From Syncephalis fuscata S228 (taxonomy: Eukaryota > Fungi > Zoopagomycota): a DNA stretch of 64,000 nt. Positions within the stretch are counted from its first letter, which is position 1. Every line of letters begins with the position of its first letter. The notes under the pieces were generated by a model that worked only from the letters and a program-made list of their open reading frames with translations, searched no databases and was not told where the DNA came from. A program made the translations under genes and the position numbers. Of the stretch, positions 1 through 12,927 are shown in pieces. The DNA is taken from NCBI GenBank assembly GCA_025786725.1, contig JAHLTZ010000062.1, positions 9,556 through 73,555 of the forward strand. The letters are read 5' to 3'.

Positions 1-206
1 CGCGATCTGTCCATTCATGTCTTCTAGCATCTCGTTCAAATTGTATTAGCCATAAAATTGGATATTCGTTCTGTACTGTTCCTTCAAATGGCAAAATGTT
101 ACTGCCTACTTTTAGCGTAATTTGATAATTTGATATTAGCGCGTGATAATCGTATTCTTAATTATTAAATATTGCTGGTACTTATTGGCAAGTATATTCC
201 TTTTTT

Positions 207-820
207 TTACTGAAATGATGGCAAATTAATATGTTGATTTAGTGGTGGTTGACTATTGGCGTTTAATACACTTCTTGGGTCGGGAAGTATAAGCTGTGTG
301 TTAGCGGTTGGTCTTAAACCGTAATCTCTATTAAAACTAGTAGTCGACTGTTTCTCTTTCCTACTTTTAATAATAAAATACAGTTGTTTATCTACTTTAA
401 TAAATAGTGATTCTTTTATCTTTTGTTCCATTCCGTCTGCTACCATGTCCTTAATTCCATCTCTACCTAAGTCTACTGCCATTTGACCTAAAAAATGGGC
501 TAGTGATAATACAAATCGTTTCATATCTGTCTGGTCACCTTTTCGCGCATGGATGCGATTATAGAACTCCATGCTAATATTGATTTGTCTAGGCTGCCTG
601 TGCAGTTTATATTTTGTATGAATAATAGTATTCTGCCGCGTAGTGATTCTAACTCTTTTGGGACGTCTTTTATGAAAGCTGAATTATATACTTCTTCGGT
701 GTTATCGTCAGTTAGTTGACTAACAATAAGTTCAAGTGTATTTTTATATTTTTGCATTGTCTCGTGTTTGGATGGTCCAAGCGGTGGCCTTTTTAACGCG
801 TCTTTAGTTGGACCATCCAT
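207..820 (-). pseudogene. Intronless hypothetical ORF pair (521-820 and 207-572), probably one frameshifted or decayed gene of unknown origin
   Basis: Two overlapping same-strand ORFs with protein-like composition; downstream sequence (1-206) has stops in all frames; no family recognised. Confidence 0.3.
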
Positions 821-1665
821 TGTACCATATCTTGTTCTTTTAGTACCAAGAGATCTTTCGGGATTGATAGAATTGTTTTACTAGTCTGAGTGGGCTTGTT
901 AAATGTTATTATTCTATCCCTGGTAGAATAGTAACATCATGTAACTATGGTATCGAAAAGTGTATTTTCAATAATCTAACGGTATTAATTACGTATTTTA
1001 TGTTATCATATGTGATCTAATTTTTATCTTTGTTCTTTCCATATCAACCAAACTAGATGTTTATAGAGTACATTAATAATAATAATAATAATAATAATGC
1101 ATTTTTCGCCCCTGAATTTCATTTCATGTCAATAGTAATATCAGTCAAAAACAACATGCAAAATTTAAATAACAATGATAATAATAGAGCGACGGATAAT
1201 AGTTTATTGCAATATAGGCAATGTATATATTTATATTAAGCATGAGCTACACAAATATCTATATATAAATATTATGCCAAGCAATCTCTAAAAGCTTCAT
1301 ATCTTTGGCTCTATATTTAATTGCAACTACATTACCTGTTATTGCGTAATCTCACGTGCTTTAATTATTTACATTATTAGTACCCTGTTAGCATATTTAT
1401 TTACTTAAATAGTCAGCTATGTATGATACTCGTATAGTTTTTATATTGTTCTAAACAAGGCAACTAATTAATAATAAAACATAATATAGTAGAATTCAAT
1501 AATTTATTAAAAATAACAAACTATGCGTGTATCTATATATAGTAAATGATACACAAATGTCTGTTTATGTATATGCTAAGCAATTTCCAAAGCATAAAAC
1601 TCTTGATTATAAATGATAACCTATGTGTCTTTAAGGCAAGAAACTAACATTATAATTAATTTTAA

Positions 1666-1694
1666 ACTTCAAAATTCAAATTGAATTTTGAAGT
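1666..1694. repeat. Perfect inverted repeat, 14-bp arms with 1-nt spacer
   Basis: ACTTCAAAATTCAA-A-TTGAATTTTGAAGT read directly. Confidence 0.85.
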
Positions 1695-2054
1695 ATCAAA
1701 ATAGTAATGGCTTTTCAAAATCAATAAATCGTAAATCAACACAGAATTGATGTGTAATTTGCATATTAATTTGTTTTTAATACATCAGCTTATCATAATG
1801 AATTGTGATTTGGCCAAGTAATTTACCGCAATTTATATAAACTCAAATTTATTAACACAACAAATATTTAATTGCTGAATATATACTAAAATATAGCTAT
1901 TTACGATTACACAATAGTTATGTGTAGACTTAGTCATGGTTTACTGCATTTTAAAGATATCAGTACTATTTTAGATAACTTTTAATTTATAATTTATTGA
2001 CATCAAGTAAAATTCATAAAGGCAGTGATGCCATAGCTTATTTTAATTTAGAAA

Positions 2055-3064
2055 TTATATATAGTTACTAACAGGTATAAGCCGACTAGAATAGCTTGTT
2101 GTAGTTTCATTTATATGGATATCAGCACTGCGGATATTGTTTGGATCATTCATTGCTGAGGTGTCGGAGTCATTATTTATAGGTTTTTTTGTAACGTAAT
2201 TCACAAGTATCGTTGATGTAATATACCTAGAAAAATGTTAGCTTTGTATAAAGTCGCATGAAATACTTGCCAGTCAACGGTATAAAATATTCTTGAGAAA
2301 TCTCCTCCAACCTCGAAAACAATAATAAGGCAACAGATTACATTGCAGAGAACTATCAGGCACATTATCTGAATACCATCACGGGCCAGTTTCCTCCATG
2401 CTTCATAGCCATATCTTTGATAGCGTCTATAGGCTACAGTGCTAAAAATGATTGAAAAAAGTATGTTGCTTGGAACCATTGTGCCGATCCAGTAGAATGG
2501 GATAAAGAGATGATAGTAAGAAAAGCATCCGGCAGATTTTTCCAATACAATGTGTGAGTAGTTGTATACAATATAAATAAAGAAAAGCTGTGGCAGAATG
2601 CAAATGGTGCCACAAATGGCTACCCAGCGTTGCGATAACAGCACAAGGTAGGCTTTGTAAAGTACAATAATGCTGTTGCAAAAGATCGAAAAGCTTACTG
2701 CCGCTACAATATACCAGACAATTATCCTGCAATTGAGATGGCTTGTTAATGATGCTATTATAAGTACCACGGCATAGCCGACGCCCAAGAATGATGGAAG
2801 AAAATAGCAGACATAAAAAAAGCCGTGTGGCTGAACTCGTATTTTCTGTGCTAGACGGATCAAATTGTAGGCAAATAAAGATCCTAGTATGGTGCTAATC
2901 GTCAACTGAAGCTGAATTCCCGCCAATCGCTGCCGAACCTCAATTTTAGATGTTTCGTGGTCTTGCGATTGACTATTGACAAAACTGAAAAAGTCTATTT
3001 CGCCGAGTGGATGCAGCGGAATACCAAATATCTTTTTGGCACCTGCCTCCCATCCAGTGTCCAT
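2055..3064 (-). CDS. Orphan 7-transmembrane GPCR-like protein, HPLGE family copy 1 (exons 3064-2271, 2226-2055)
   Basis: Seven hydrophobic segments; motifs HPLGE, NCR at the top of TM3, GC in ECL2, AWRKLARDGIQ; intron 2227-2270 (GCAAGT..GCTAAC..TAG) splits the DW Trp codon as in the paralogues. Confidence 0.8.
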
Positions 3065-3247
3065 AGCTTGACGTTATATTCAGGTATAGACTGAACTGAG
3101 AAATGGCTATGAAAAGTGTTGCGTATTTAGAAAATCAATGGAATACATATTTTAGAAGGAAGACAGCAAGTAGGCCAAGGCGAATAAAGAGTAGGACTTT
3201 GGGCCACCAGTCCAAATGTTATTAATAGCACGGGATGAAGTGTTTTA

Positions 3248-3259
3248 AAAACCGGTTTT
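3248..3259. promoter_or_regulatory. Palindrome AAAACCGGTTTT, with variants upstream of all four 7TM paralogues
   Basis: Variants at 48653-48664, 50137-50148 and 51839-51850, each ~120-185 bp upstream of the start. Confidence 0.45.
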
Positions 3260-3969
3260 CGTAACACCATGAGTCATGCGATAGACCGTGTCATTCTATA
3301 TCTTCCAATTCGCATGATTGCTATTAACGTTGATCAACTAGTACCCGCATCTAATTCGCAGATTTATATGCATGTCACTCAATAGATCATAAATAGATGC
3401 GTATGCGACATAATGCATTTATTAGCTAATACTGCTTAATGTCAATAATCTATACGTTTACACTGCAAGAAATAGCTTGTCGCAGTCTATAACAAAATGT
3501 TTATCGGAATCATTAATCGCCAAACTATACTTCTGTTTAATGAATTATTTACTAATTTGTAATTACAGTGCTGGATTGACAAATGACCGCATGGTTTCAA
3601 AAGTTACACAATATTTCTATATTCAGAATATGCGTGAGCATGCACGCAATAGAAACGCACACCCATGATTGTCCATTTGTAATATATTACTTTTTATTTT
3701 ACTATGGCCATTAAACACTTATCACGGCAAATATTTTTTTTACCTTTGTTCCATTCATTTACTGCTATAAATGTAACACTCATTACATAGACTAAGAAAA
3801 ACACCATTTATTTCTCACTCAGTAGATTCCATAATATTAACCTTATTTGTAACAAGTAAAGTGGTAACAGCTTTTTTTTACGAAAAACTAAGTGTTAAAA
3901 GTATGACAATATTAGCTAAACTACCTTTATTGCACTTATATAATTAATATTGGCATACTCCCTGAAGAT

Positions 3970-4038
3970 CCCTGAAGGGAATAAATTTAATTAAAGTACA
4001 ACGAAGCTTAAATTGACCTTCGTTGATTTATGTAATTA
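3970..4038. repeat. Dispersed ~65-nt structured element, copy A
   Basis: About 80% identical by eye to the reverse complement of 52643-52707; CCCTGAAGGG end and CAACGAAG/CTTCGTTG stem. Confidence 0.7.
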
Positions 4039-4711
4039 ATGAACAGTAACAACATTTTTATTCTTAGCAGCATTATTACAGTACATAATAACCGAATAAA
4101 ACACTCAAAATTAATCACGTTTGTTTATCATGACAATTTCATATAGTTTATAAAGCAAAGTATAAAATTGAAATACAAGATTTATTATTAATAATAACGA
4201 ACAATTGTTTAAATATACTAATTTCAGTTTTAATATGTTGTTTGACTGATATTCCCATAACACTTTCAGTTATTTGGAAATGATTAATTGCCAGGTCAGA
4301 TTATTTATAATTAGCAATCAGATTTAATTATTATAGCAATAATGGTGATATAAATATTAGTATATAAACCAGATTATTTTATTAACAGAATAAGCATATC
4401 TTATATTCAGTTGCTACTTGTCATATTACTTTGAAATTAATTTATTCTTTACTACAACTATCTAACCAAATCTAGTAATTTTACAATATTGATAACCATC
4501 TATTAGCAATTGTAGACTTGTAGATAAGCTACTTGGTGTATATAGCACACTAACGCGGTGTTACACGAATTTACACATTGGTTTATGTGCATAAGTCACC
4601 GAAATAAAGACCAAGCCATAGTATTATTGCATAGTTGCTGACTACCCCTTTACTTGTTCTGTACTCATTCAAAGCCATTGTTATACTGCCAATTCAATAA
4701 AAAAAGTTAGC

Positions 4712-7575
4712 ATGAGAGTGATTCCACGCGAGCTCGACAAATTGCTGCTGCATCAATTTGGCAATGTAGCGCAAAAGCGACTAGCACGCGGTCTTTTGCT
4801 AAACACGGGAGAAGCCACCGCGCTTATTGCTTCACAGCTAATTGAACTAATGCGCGATGGAAAACATACCGTAGCAGAGCTCATGGATATGGGCAAGCGG
4901 ATGCTAGGTCGTCGACACGTCCTACCGGAAGTGCCTCATCTATTGCACGAAGTACAGGTTGAGGGCACCTTTCCAAACGGCACGTTTCTCGTCACCGTCC
5001 ACGATCCTATCTGTAGCGAAGACGGCGACTTGAAACTCGCCTTCTACGGAAGCTTTTTGCCTATACCCGAAGATACTGTATTCTCCAGACTAAGCCCACT
5101 GACGGAGACACAGCTGCCGGGTGCATTGGTTGTTCGGCCGGGGCGTATCACCCTATCACCAGGCCGTCAACGCATCAAGCTTAGCGTGACTAATGCCGGT
5201 GATAGGCCGATTCAGGTATAATCCACTACGGATACAGTTACCTATCAGTACTAATTTGGCGACATCGACTGATATCGATTTACTGATAGGTTGGCTCGCA
5301 TTATCATTTTGTTGAAACGAATCGTCTGTTGATATTTGACCGAATGGCCGCGTATGGCTACCGACTCGATATACCATCGGGTACGGCCATTCGTTTCGAG
5401 CCTGGCGATACACGTACTGTGCAGTTGGTGGAGCTAGGTGGCCAGCAAATCATTCGTGGCGGCAATCTTTTGGCTAACGGCCCAGTAACGGAGATGGGTC
5501 GACAGCAGCTAGAAACACAAATAAAAGTGCATGGCTTTGGTCATCGAGACGATCTGCGGGATGCATCTCTAACGCTATCCCCAGCAACCATGGATCGTCG
5601 GCTGTATGCCGATATGTTTGGGCCTACAATTGGCGATCGTCTTCGTTTGGGCGATACTGCGCTTTGGCTTGAAATTGAACATGATTACACAGTGTATGGT
5701 GATGAGTGTAAATTTGGCGGTGGAAAGGTTATTCGGGATGGCATGGGACAAGCCACCATTGCAACACGAGCGATGCACTGGATCTAGTGATAACAAATGC
5801 CATTATTATAGATCATAGTGGAATTATCAAAGTAAATGGTTTATTTGTTCTCAGTGAATACATACTAATTATAATGTATTATAGGCAGACATTGGTATTA
5901 AAGACGGGCTGATTAAAGCTATTGGCAAGGCGGGTAATCCCAATACTATGGATGGTGTGACGCCAGGTATGATTGTAGGAACGACAACAGAAGTACTTGC
6001 CGGAGAAGGACATATATTTACAGCTGGGCTATTGATACGCATATTCATTTTATTTGTCCACAACTTATTACTGAGGTAAGTGTGATGTGCAGGTTTATTG
6101 ATCATAATAGTAACGAATTGACTTTAAACTATATCCAGGCAATTGCTACGGGTATTACTACAATGATTGGTGGCGGTACAGGCCCCAATACAGGTACACT
6201 TGCTACAACATGTACACCAGGACAGTTCCATATCCGTATGATGCTACAGGCTACGGATGAACTGCCGGTCAATATTGGATTAACGGGTAAAGGCAATGCC
6301 ACATCGCCAATAGAACTGGAAGAACAAGTGATGGCTGGAGCTATTGGCTTGAAACTACACGAAGATTGGGGCTCAACACCGGCTGCTATCGACAACTGTT
6401 TGTCTATTTGTGATAAATACGATGTGCAGGTAATTATGGTAATTAATCTAATTGATTTATTAATATTGATGATTATTAGACGACCATTCACACTGATACA
6501 CTAAATGAATCAGGATTTGTTGAAACTACAGTGGCCGCATTTAAAGGCCGCACTATCCACGCTTATCATACTGAAGGGGCGGGCGGTGGCCACGCACCCG
6601 ATATTATTAGTGTTTGCGGTGAACCTAATGTTATTCCGTCCTCGACCAATCCTACACGGCCTTTTGCAGTAAATACGCTTGATGAACACGTTGATATGCT
6701 TATGGTGTGTCATCATTTAAGTCGCAATATCCCCGAAGATGTGGCATTTGCCGAATCGCGTATTCGTGCCGAAACAATAGCCGCCGAAGACGTACTACAA
6801 GACATGGGCGCCATTAGTATTATTTCATCGGATTCACAAGCTATGGGCCGTATCGGCGAAGTGGTGTCGCGTAGTTGGCGAACAGCACATAAAATGAAAC
6901 TGCAACGTGGCGTACTCGATGCCAACGGCGATGCAAGCAGTGGAGCCGCTGGTGATGCTAGCGAGCCACCCGTAGAAGCGGGCGCCGATAACATACGTAT
7001 TAAACGCTACGTAGCCAAGTATACAATCAATCCGTAAGTTGTTCACCACCACTACATTGATGCGCCACACTAACATTGTGCATTGAACATTAAATACTGA
7101 AAGAGCCATTGCTCATGGCATTTCGCATATTGTCGGATCAATTGAGGTGGGCAAACTTGCCGATCTAGTAATGTATGAGCCGGCCTATTTCGGTAGCAAG
7201 CCTAGTCTTATTATGAAGTCGGGTGTAATCGTATGGAGTATGATGGGCGATGCCAATGGCTCCATCTCTACAACTCAACCCATTATCGGCCGGCCTATGT
7301 TTGGCAGTTTGCCAGGTGGTGCCTCTCGTTGCAGTATGGCATTTGTTAGTGCCGCTTCATTGGAACACAATATCGTACAAACGTATGGCTTGAAGAAACG
7401 ACTAGAAGCCGTAAGAAAATGTCGCGACATTAGCAAGCACGATATGAAATGGAACAACGCTTTGCCAAAAATCGAAGTCGATCCAGAAACTTATGTGGTC
7501 AAGGCTGATGGTATTATCTGTATTTGTCCTCCTGCTATTACTCTCCCGCTTACTCAATCAGTATCGCTATTTTAA
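4712..7575 (+). CDS. URE1: Urease, eukaryotic single-chain gamma-beta-alpha fusion (multi-exon; apparent 1-nt frameshift near 5760)
   Basis: [29 protein letters not shown]|[47 protein letters not shown]; first intron 5216-5289. Confidence 0.97.
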
Positions 7576-7746
7576 TATACTGATTCTCCTTATTGATATT
7601 AATAAATGTAACCATTTTATAATTTTGTATAAATCTACATTAGTTTATTTCTATTTAACTTTCTTTTTTAATTCAACACTGATCATAGTTGTTTTAAAAA
7701 CCATTTATTGTAATTGTAATGGTTAAGCTCTAAGTATAGCATTATA

Positions 7747-9148
7747 CTAAGGCTGTCCGTTGTCTACTATCGCTGCCTTTTCTGCTACTCGGTTTTTGTT
7801 AATTGTATCGTATATCGTTAGCGCCTGTGCCACCATGCCACTAATATTTGACGTATTGGCCGGCACTACAACGGTTGTTCCTTTTTGTGCAAGCTGTCCA
7901 AATGCATCAACATATTTCTCAGCTACGGTAAGTGACACGGCATCGCGGCCACCTGGTGTCTCCTTAATGGCTCGTGCCACCTCTTCAATACCGCGGCCAC
8001 AGCTTTTGCTCTCAACAATATAGCTTCCGCTTCACCAGACGCCCTATTAATCTGCTCGGCTTTATCGGCTTCAGATGCCAGAATTGTTGATTGTTTGTGT
8101 CCCTCGGCTACATTAATGGCTGCTTGACGTGAACCTTCCGATTCAAGAATCTGTGCTCGTTTAGATCGCTCCGCCGATACTTGCGAATGCATACTCTCAA
8201 CCACATTACTTGGTGGGTGAATATCGCCTATATAACATCGGTATTAATTAGTGCCTATATCCTATCACTTTAGTAATACTTACGAATTTCATAACGCAAG
8301 CACCGAATACCCCAGTCTTCGGCTGCATGATTGATGGCTTGTACTATATTCAGGTTCAATTGGTTCCTTTCAGCCAATGTACGATCCAGTGTCATTTGGC
8401 CAATTTCTGCTCTCATCGTAGTCTGCGCAAGTTGTGCCACACTATATTCTGCATCCTCAACACCGTAACATGCCTAATAGCCGTATTATTAAAAAGCCAT
8501 GTCAGTACAGATAAACTTACCTTAAATGGATCCACTATACGAATATATAGCACACCATCCAGTTGCAAAGTTACGTTATCTGCACTATTATTAGTATACT
8601 AGCTTGTCATGCTAATTAACCCACCTTGCGTAATGGCACTTTGGGTGGGTATTTCAATTGCCACTTCCTTTAAGCTCTTCACATACTTGACCTGATCAAT
8701 AATTGGCGTTAGAATGCCAGTCCAGGCTCTAATACTCGACTAAATCGGCCCATACGCTCTACAATCCACGCTTCTTGTTGTGGAACGAATTTGATAATCT
8801 ATAGACCATAAAAGCTCGAATCAATACAATTCATAGATTGGCTCGGAGACTTACTGTATTGACGGGTAATGAACGTCGCTGAGAGCGCCAAAATACATCA
8901 CTGGGCGCGTTTTTGCCATACGGTGTGCCCGACGACATATCACGTCTTCCATTATAAATACTATTGTACTGTTGATAAAGAGCGACCACTCTAGCATTCT
9001 AATTAACCAATAAACCAATATCAAATAGTATGGTAAGTGTTTGGTTAACGATTGTAGCGCACGGTCTACTTACAGTCGGCCGCGTCATAATCCGCGTTAG
9101 AGATGCCGGGCTAGCACCTCTGGCCAGTGTGTATCTTGCTGAATTCAT
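7747..9148 (-). CDS. Stomatin-like protein 2 (SPFH/band-7), likely mitochondrial; multi-exon, with apparent indels
   Basis: LPVNT-VIKFVPQQEAWIVERMGRF, AERSKRAQILESEG, AEKYVDAFGQLA; Arg-rich N-terminal presequence. Confidence 0.92.
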
Positions 9149-9520
9149 AAGCGCAATAATAAGTGCCGATAAAGAGTAGGAAGAAGTAGTGAAAAGTACG
9201 ACGCACAATCAATAACTATGGCAATATAAGTCGTGGAAAATGCAACGCACAATCAACAACTATAACCAGTACAAGCATTGATATGAGTAATCTTTAATCA
9301 GATTGTACAATTTATCCGTTTATTAGTAAAATATTGGATATGAACATTAAAAAGATATACTTTAATGTAAATTATATGTATACAATGGCATGATTTATTT
9401 TTCTATTATTCTATTCTAATAGATGCAAGTCTCTGTTAATGTAGAATATAAATAATAGCTATATCATAATATAGCTAATTAACTATATACATCGTACATA
9501 ATAAAAGTATAACAGCATAT

Positions 9521-10321
9521 TTATTGCTTTTTCGTTCTTTCTTCCATCAATTCTTCAACCCAGCCTTTTACTAGTGGATGTTGGAATCGGCCTAATGTTG
9601 ATGCAAAAAAGCTATCCAGTGTCTTTCCTTGTGCTATAATAACATTAGTTTAGCTAATATGACCCGCTTGTATTATTGTTTACCTTTCTCGTATTCAAAT
9701 GCTTGCACAATCATTTCATATTTATCTAAATCTTTGACAAAAAGTGCTTCGTTTGTGGTTGCTTCTTCGTATTCCTGCCACAGAGAACAAATTTCATTGG
9801 CCTGCTCTGTCTCGCCCAACATTTGACGTATCTTTCCATAGCATCCTAGTAACAATAATGATACATTAATACATACGTCTTCACTTCATCACAGCCACTA
9901 CCTTTTCTAGCTTGTATTTCTCGTCTTTCGAGACACCAGCATGCGGCGTAATGTCACCCTATTCAATATACTATTATCGTTTCTATATTTATAATAAACT
10001 ATTTATGCTACTTACAACAATTGCTTCGGCAAGATCATGAACTAGAGCCATTTTAACACACCTAGTATTATGAATTAGAGCGCGTTGACACGTCTCCCTA
10101 GCTTACTTATCGCGATCTAGATTTGGATCGTTTACTAGCATCGCCATTAGTGACATGCGATGCATATGGTCTGCAATAGATTCCGGTTGCTGTACACCGT
10201 TGTCTATCCAGCCCGTCCGCTTGGTGCGCTATTCAATGCAATGATAGGCAAAGTATTCGCATACTGCATAGTAAATTACCTTTAGATTTTCACATAGATG
10301 AAAGAATTCAAGTGCTCGCAT
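9521..10321 (-). CDS. HD-domain 5'-deoxynucleotidase (HDDC2 / Ygk1-Ybr242w family), multi-exon
   Basis: [56 protein letters not shown]. Confidence 0.92.
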
Positions 10322-10501
10322 TTCTAATGTTATAACTGACGACCAACTATGTAATAAAAAGATATAACCACGTTGTTAAAAGCAGTTACAATAAAAGTGA
10401 ACAAAAAGAGAAATGCGTAATAATAGCCGCTTTAAAATATTTAAAACACGTAAAATCATTTCTATTTAATAGAAATAACACTTTACTTAAAACGTATTTT
10501 A

Positions 10502-12456
10502 TTAATCATTTTTACGTTGCTGCATTAATACCATTAACTGTTGTAGCGTGTCTTGATTTCGTTGACAAACATCTGATAATTCAAAAACTTGTGCTTGAAG
10601 CCGCCTAATTTCATCTAATTGTGCTGCTGATGCCTGGCTATGATGTATACCACGATTTGCTAATCATAGTTATATTAATTAATTAAATACAAAGTATCAA
10701 TATTAGTGGTCTATTAAACTAACCAGGCAGATGATCGGTCTCCAAGTCTTTTAGCGGCACCTGTAACAATAGTTAGCTATTATACTCTCGCTCTTCTATT
10801 TATCTTACATGCTGTCCAGGTAGTTGCGCCTGTCGTTCCTTCATCGCTTCCCATACAATGGTAAAGTTACGTCCAACAATAATGGATGGCAACGCAATTA
10901 ACTATAAATAAAATAAGCCTTTATCTTCATTATAGTCTATTTCTTACTAAAATTCCCATCATCATAGCCGGAAAGGCGATAACCTTGCCAATAAATGTCT
11001 GTGGTACCATATCACCATAACCAGTTGTAGTAATTGTAACCATTACAAACCAGCATACTGCAGGAATACTATCAAATTGGCTATATAATATATTGGTTAT
11101 TGCTATTAAATATCTATTATTAAATATATTACCTTGGCAATCCATCACTAGTAACAAACATATGTCGTTCTTCATCCCATACACCTATATATATATATAT
11201 ATATTAGTTAATACTCGTATTTAACTATAATTATATATTACCTCGTTCGGCAAAGTACAGCAATGACGAAAAAATAATTACGGTCATAGCCATAAAAAAG
11301 AATAACGCACTAAGTGCATCTGTACTTCGTTTAATTGCCACAATCATTACTTCAATAGATAACTACTAGTGTATTAGTTATTGAATACTATTAAATAGTA
11401 AAACTTACCTGAATTAATGAAGAGTGTTGATAGACACGGAACACTCGGAATAGACGGAATAATCGAAGAATACTCAAACGAAAAACATAAGTCTATAGAT
11501 ATTAATTAGTTTTATAATATATTTATACTAATCACTTACCGTATCGCTTCCCATTGCATACGCTACAATATATAATAATACAACCAATGTATCTATAATA
11601 GTCATTGGTGCTAGTGATCATTGTGATCTTTAGCGTTCTATCCATCTACTACAAGCAATACTTACACAGCATAAATTTAAAGATACGTGCTGTAGTATCA
11701 GAGTGTGCATAGACCCGCATAGATAACTCGATGGCCAGTAGAATTACTACAGCTGTTTCTAATGCAAACCTATTAACAGTCCCTTTATTAGTATACTATT
11801 TTAATAAATTTTACTGCTAAATAACACGATTTCCCTTTATTTAGTCTATACTCATTATAATACACTTACCAAATGGGCGTTTCACCAGATCGAAACTTTG
11901 GAATAGTTTCAACAGTTGCAATAATAGCACTCATAATAATCATGCACACGACAAACACGCTAATAAAGAAGGCTGCTCCACTAGATGATGGATCCTCCAT
12001 TAGCAAGTAAAAGCGTCGTTTCCAAATATTCTAGATGACATAACATTAGTCTAGCATTGCTATAGCACTTGGAGATGCGCCAGTACTTACATGGATCGAA
12101 GCAGCAGTACGGTTGCGTTCGTTCAAGTCAGGAATATCCATATAGCCGCCAGTATTATCTATCTGGGCATCGAGCTGGTTTCGCGCGTCTTCATAGTCGG
12201 CCGTGTCCGTTTCCACCGGGAATAGTTCAAAGGAGCGTCCCGAAATACGTCGCGATCGATTCGGTATCGAATGTGACGAGTAGTGCGGGTCCTGAACGGG
12301 CGATGTAGCCGTAGCGGCGCCACCCACGTCATCTATGGCCGGTCTCGGTGGGGCGGCAGCTGTGGACACTTCGCCTGTTACCTCGTTCATTTCGAGCGCA
12401 ATTTCATCGTTGTCATTGCCATCGTCGTTAAGGTAACGACGATTCACGCGCGACAT
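10502..12456 (-). CDS. Voltage-gated (6TM, Kv-like) potassium channel, multi-exon
   Basis: Pore WFVMVTITTTGYGDMVP; S4 RLSILRLFRLFRVFRV (exon ~11409-11492); LLMEDPSSS before S1; S6 IALPSIIVGRNF. Confidence 0.92.
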
Positions 12457-12927
12457 GCGAGTGTTTCGACGTAATAAAGCCGGAGTGTACAGTTTCACAA
12501 CGTCAAAACCAACAGGTAAATAAAGGTTTATACGAGTTGGACTCGAGCTATAACGACAAAGCGCTACAAGAGATGAGAGATCAATTAATAGTGTTTAGGT
12601 GGAAGTGCAGCAATAAAGTCTCTAATTGAATATCCTCACGCTATTTGATACAGATTGTGTATGTGTGCGTGTGGGCAAAGCCGGTTGATATTGTTATTAT
12701 TGCCATTGTTACCATTATTGGTATCTCAATTAACAGGCCACTATTACATTTACACTGATTGGTTACTTTTCATGATTTACGATATTCTAAATTTATCACA
12801 TTTAACAGTAATTCTACACTAACCCAGCCATTTGTTATAGTAAAATAAACAATATATTTGTAACATTATGATTAATGGTTGATACCCGTGCCATAATTTG
12901 CATTAGCTATCGATAGGCGGATTAAAT

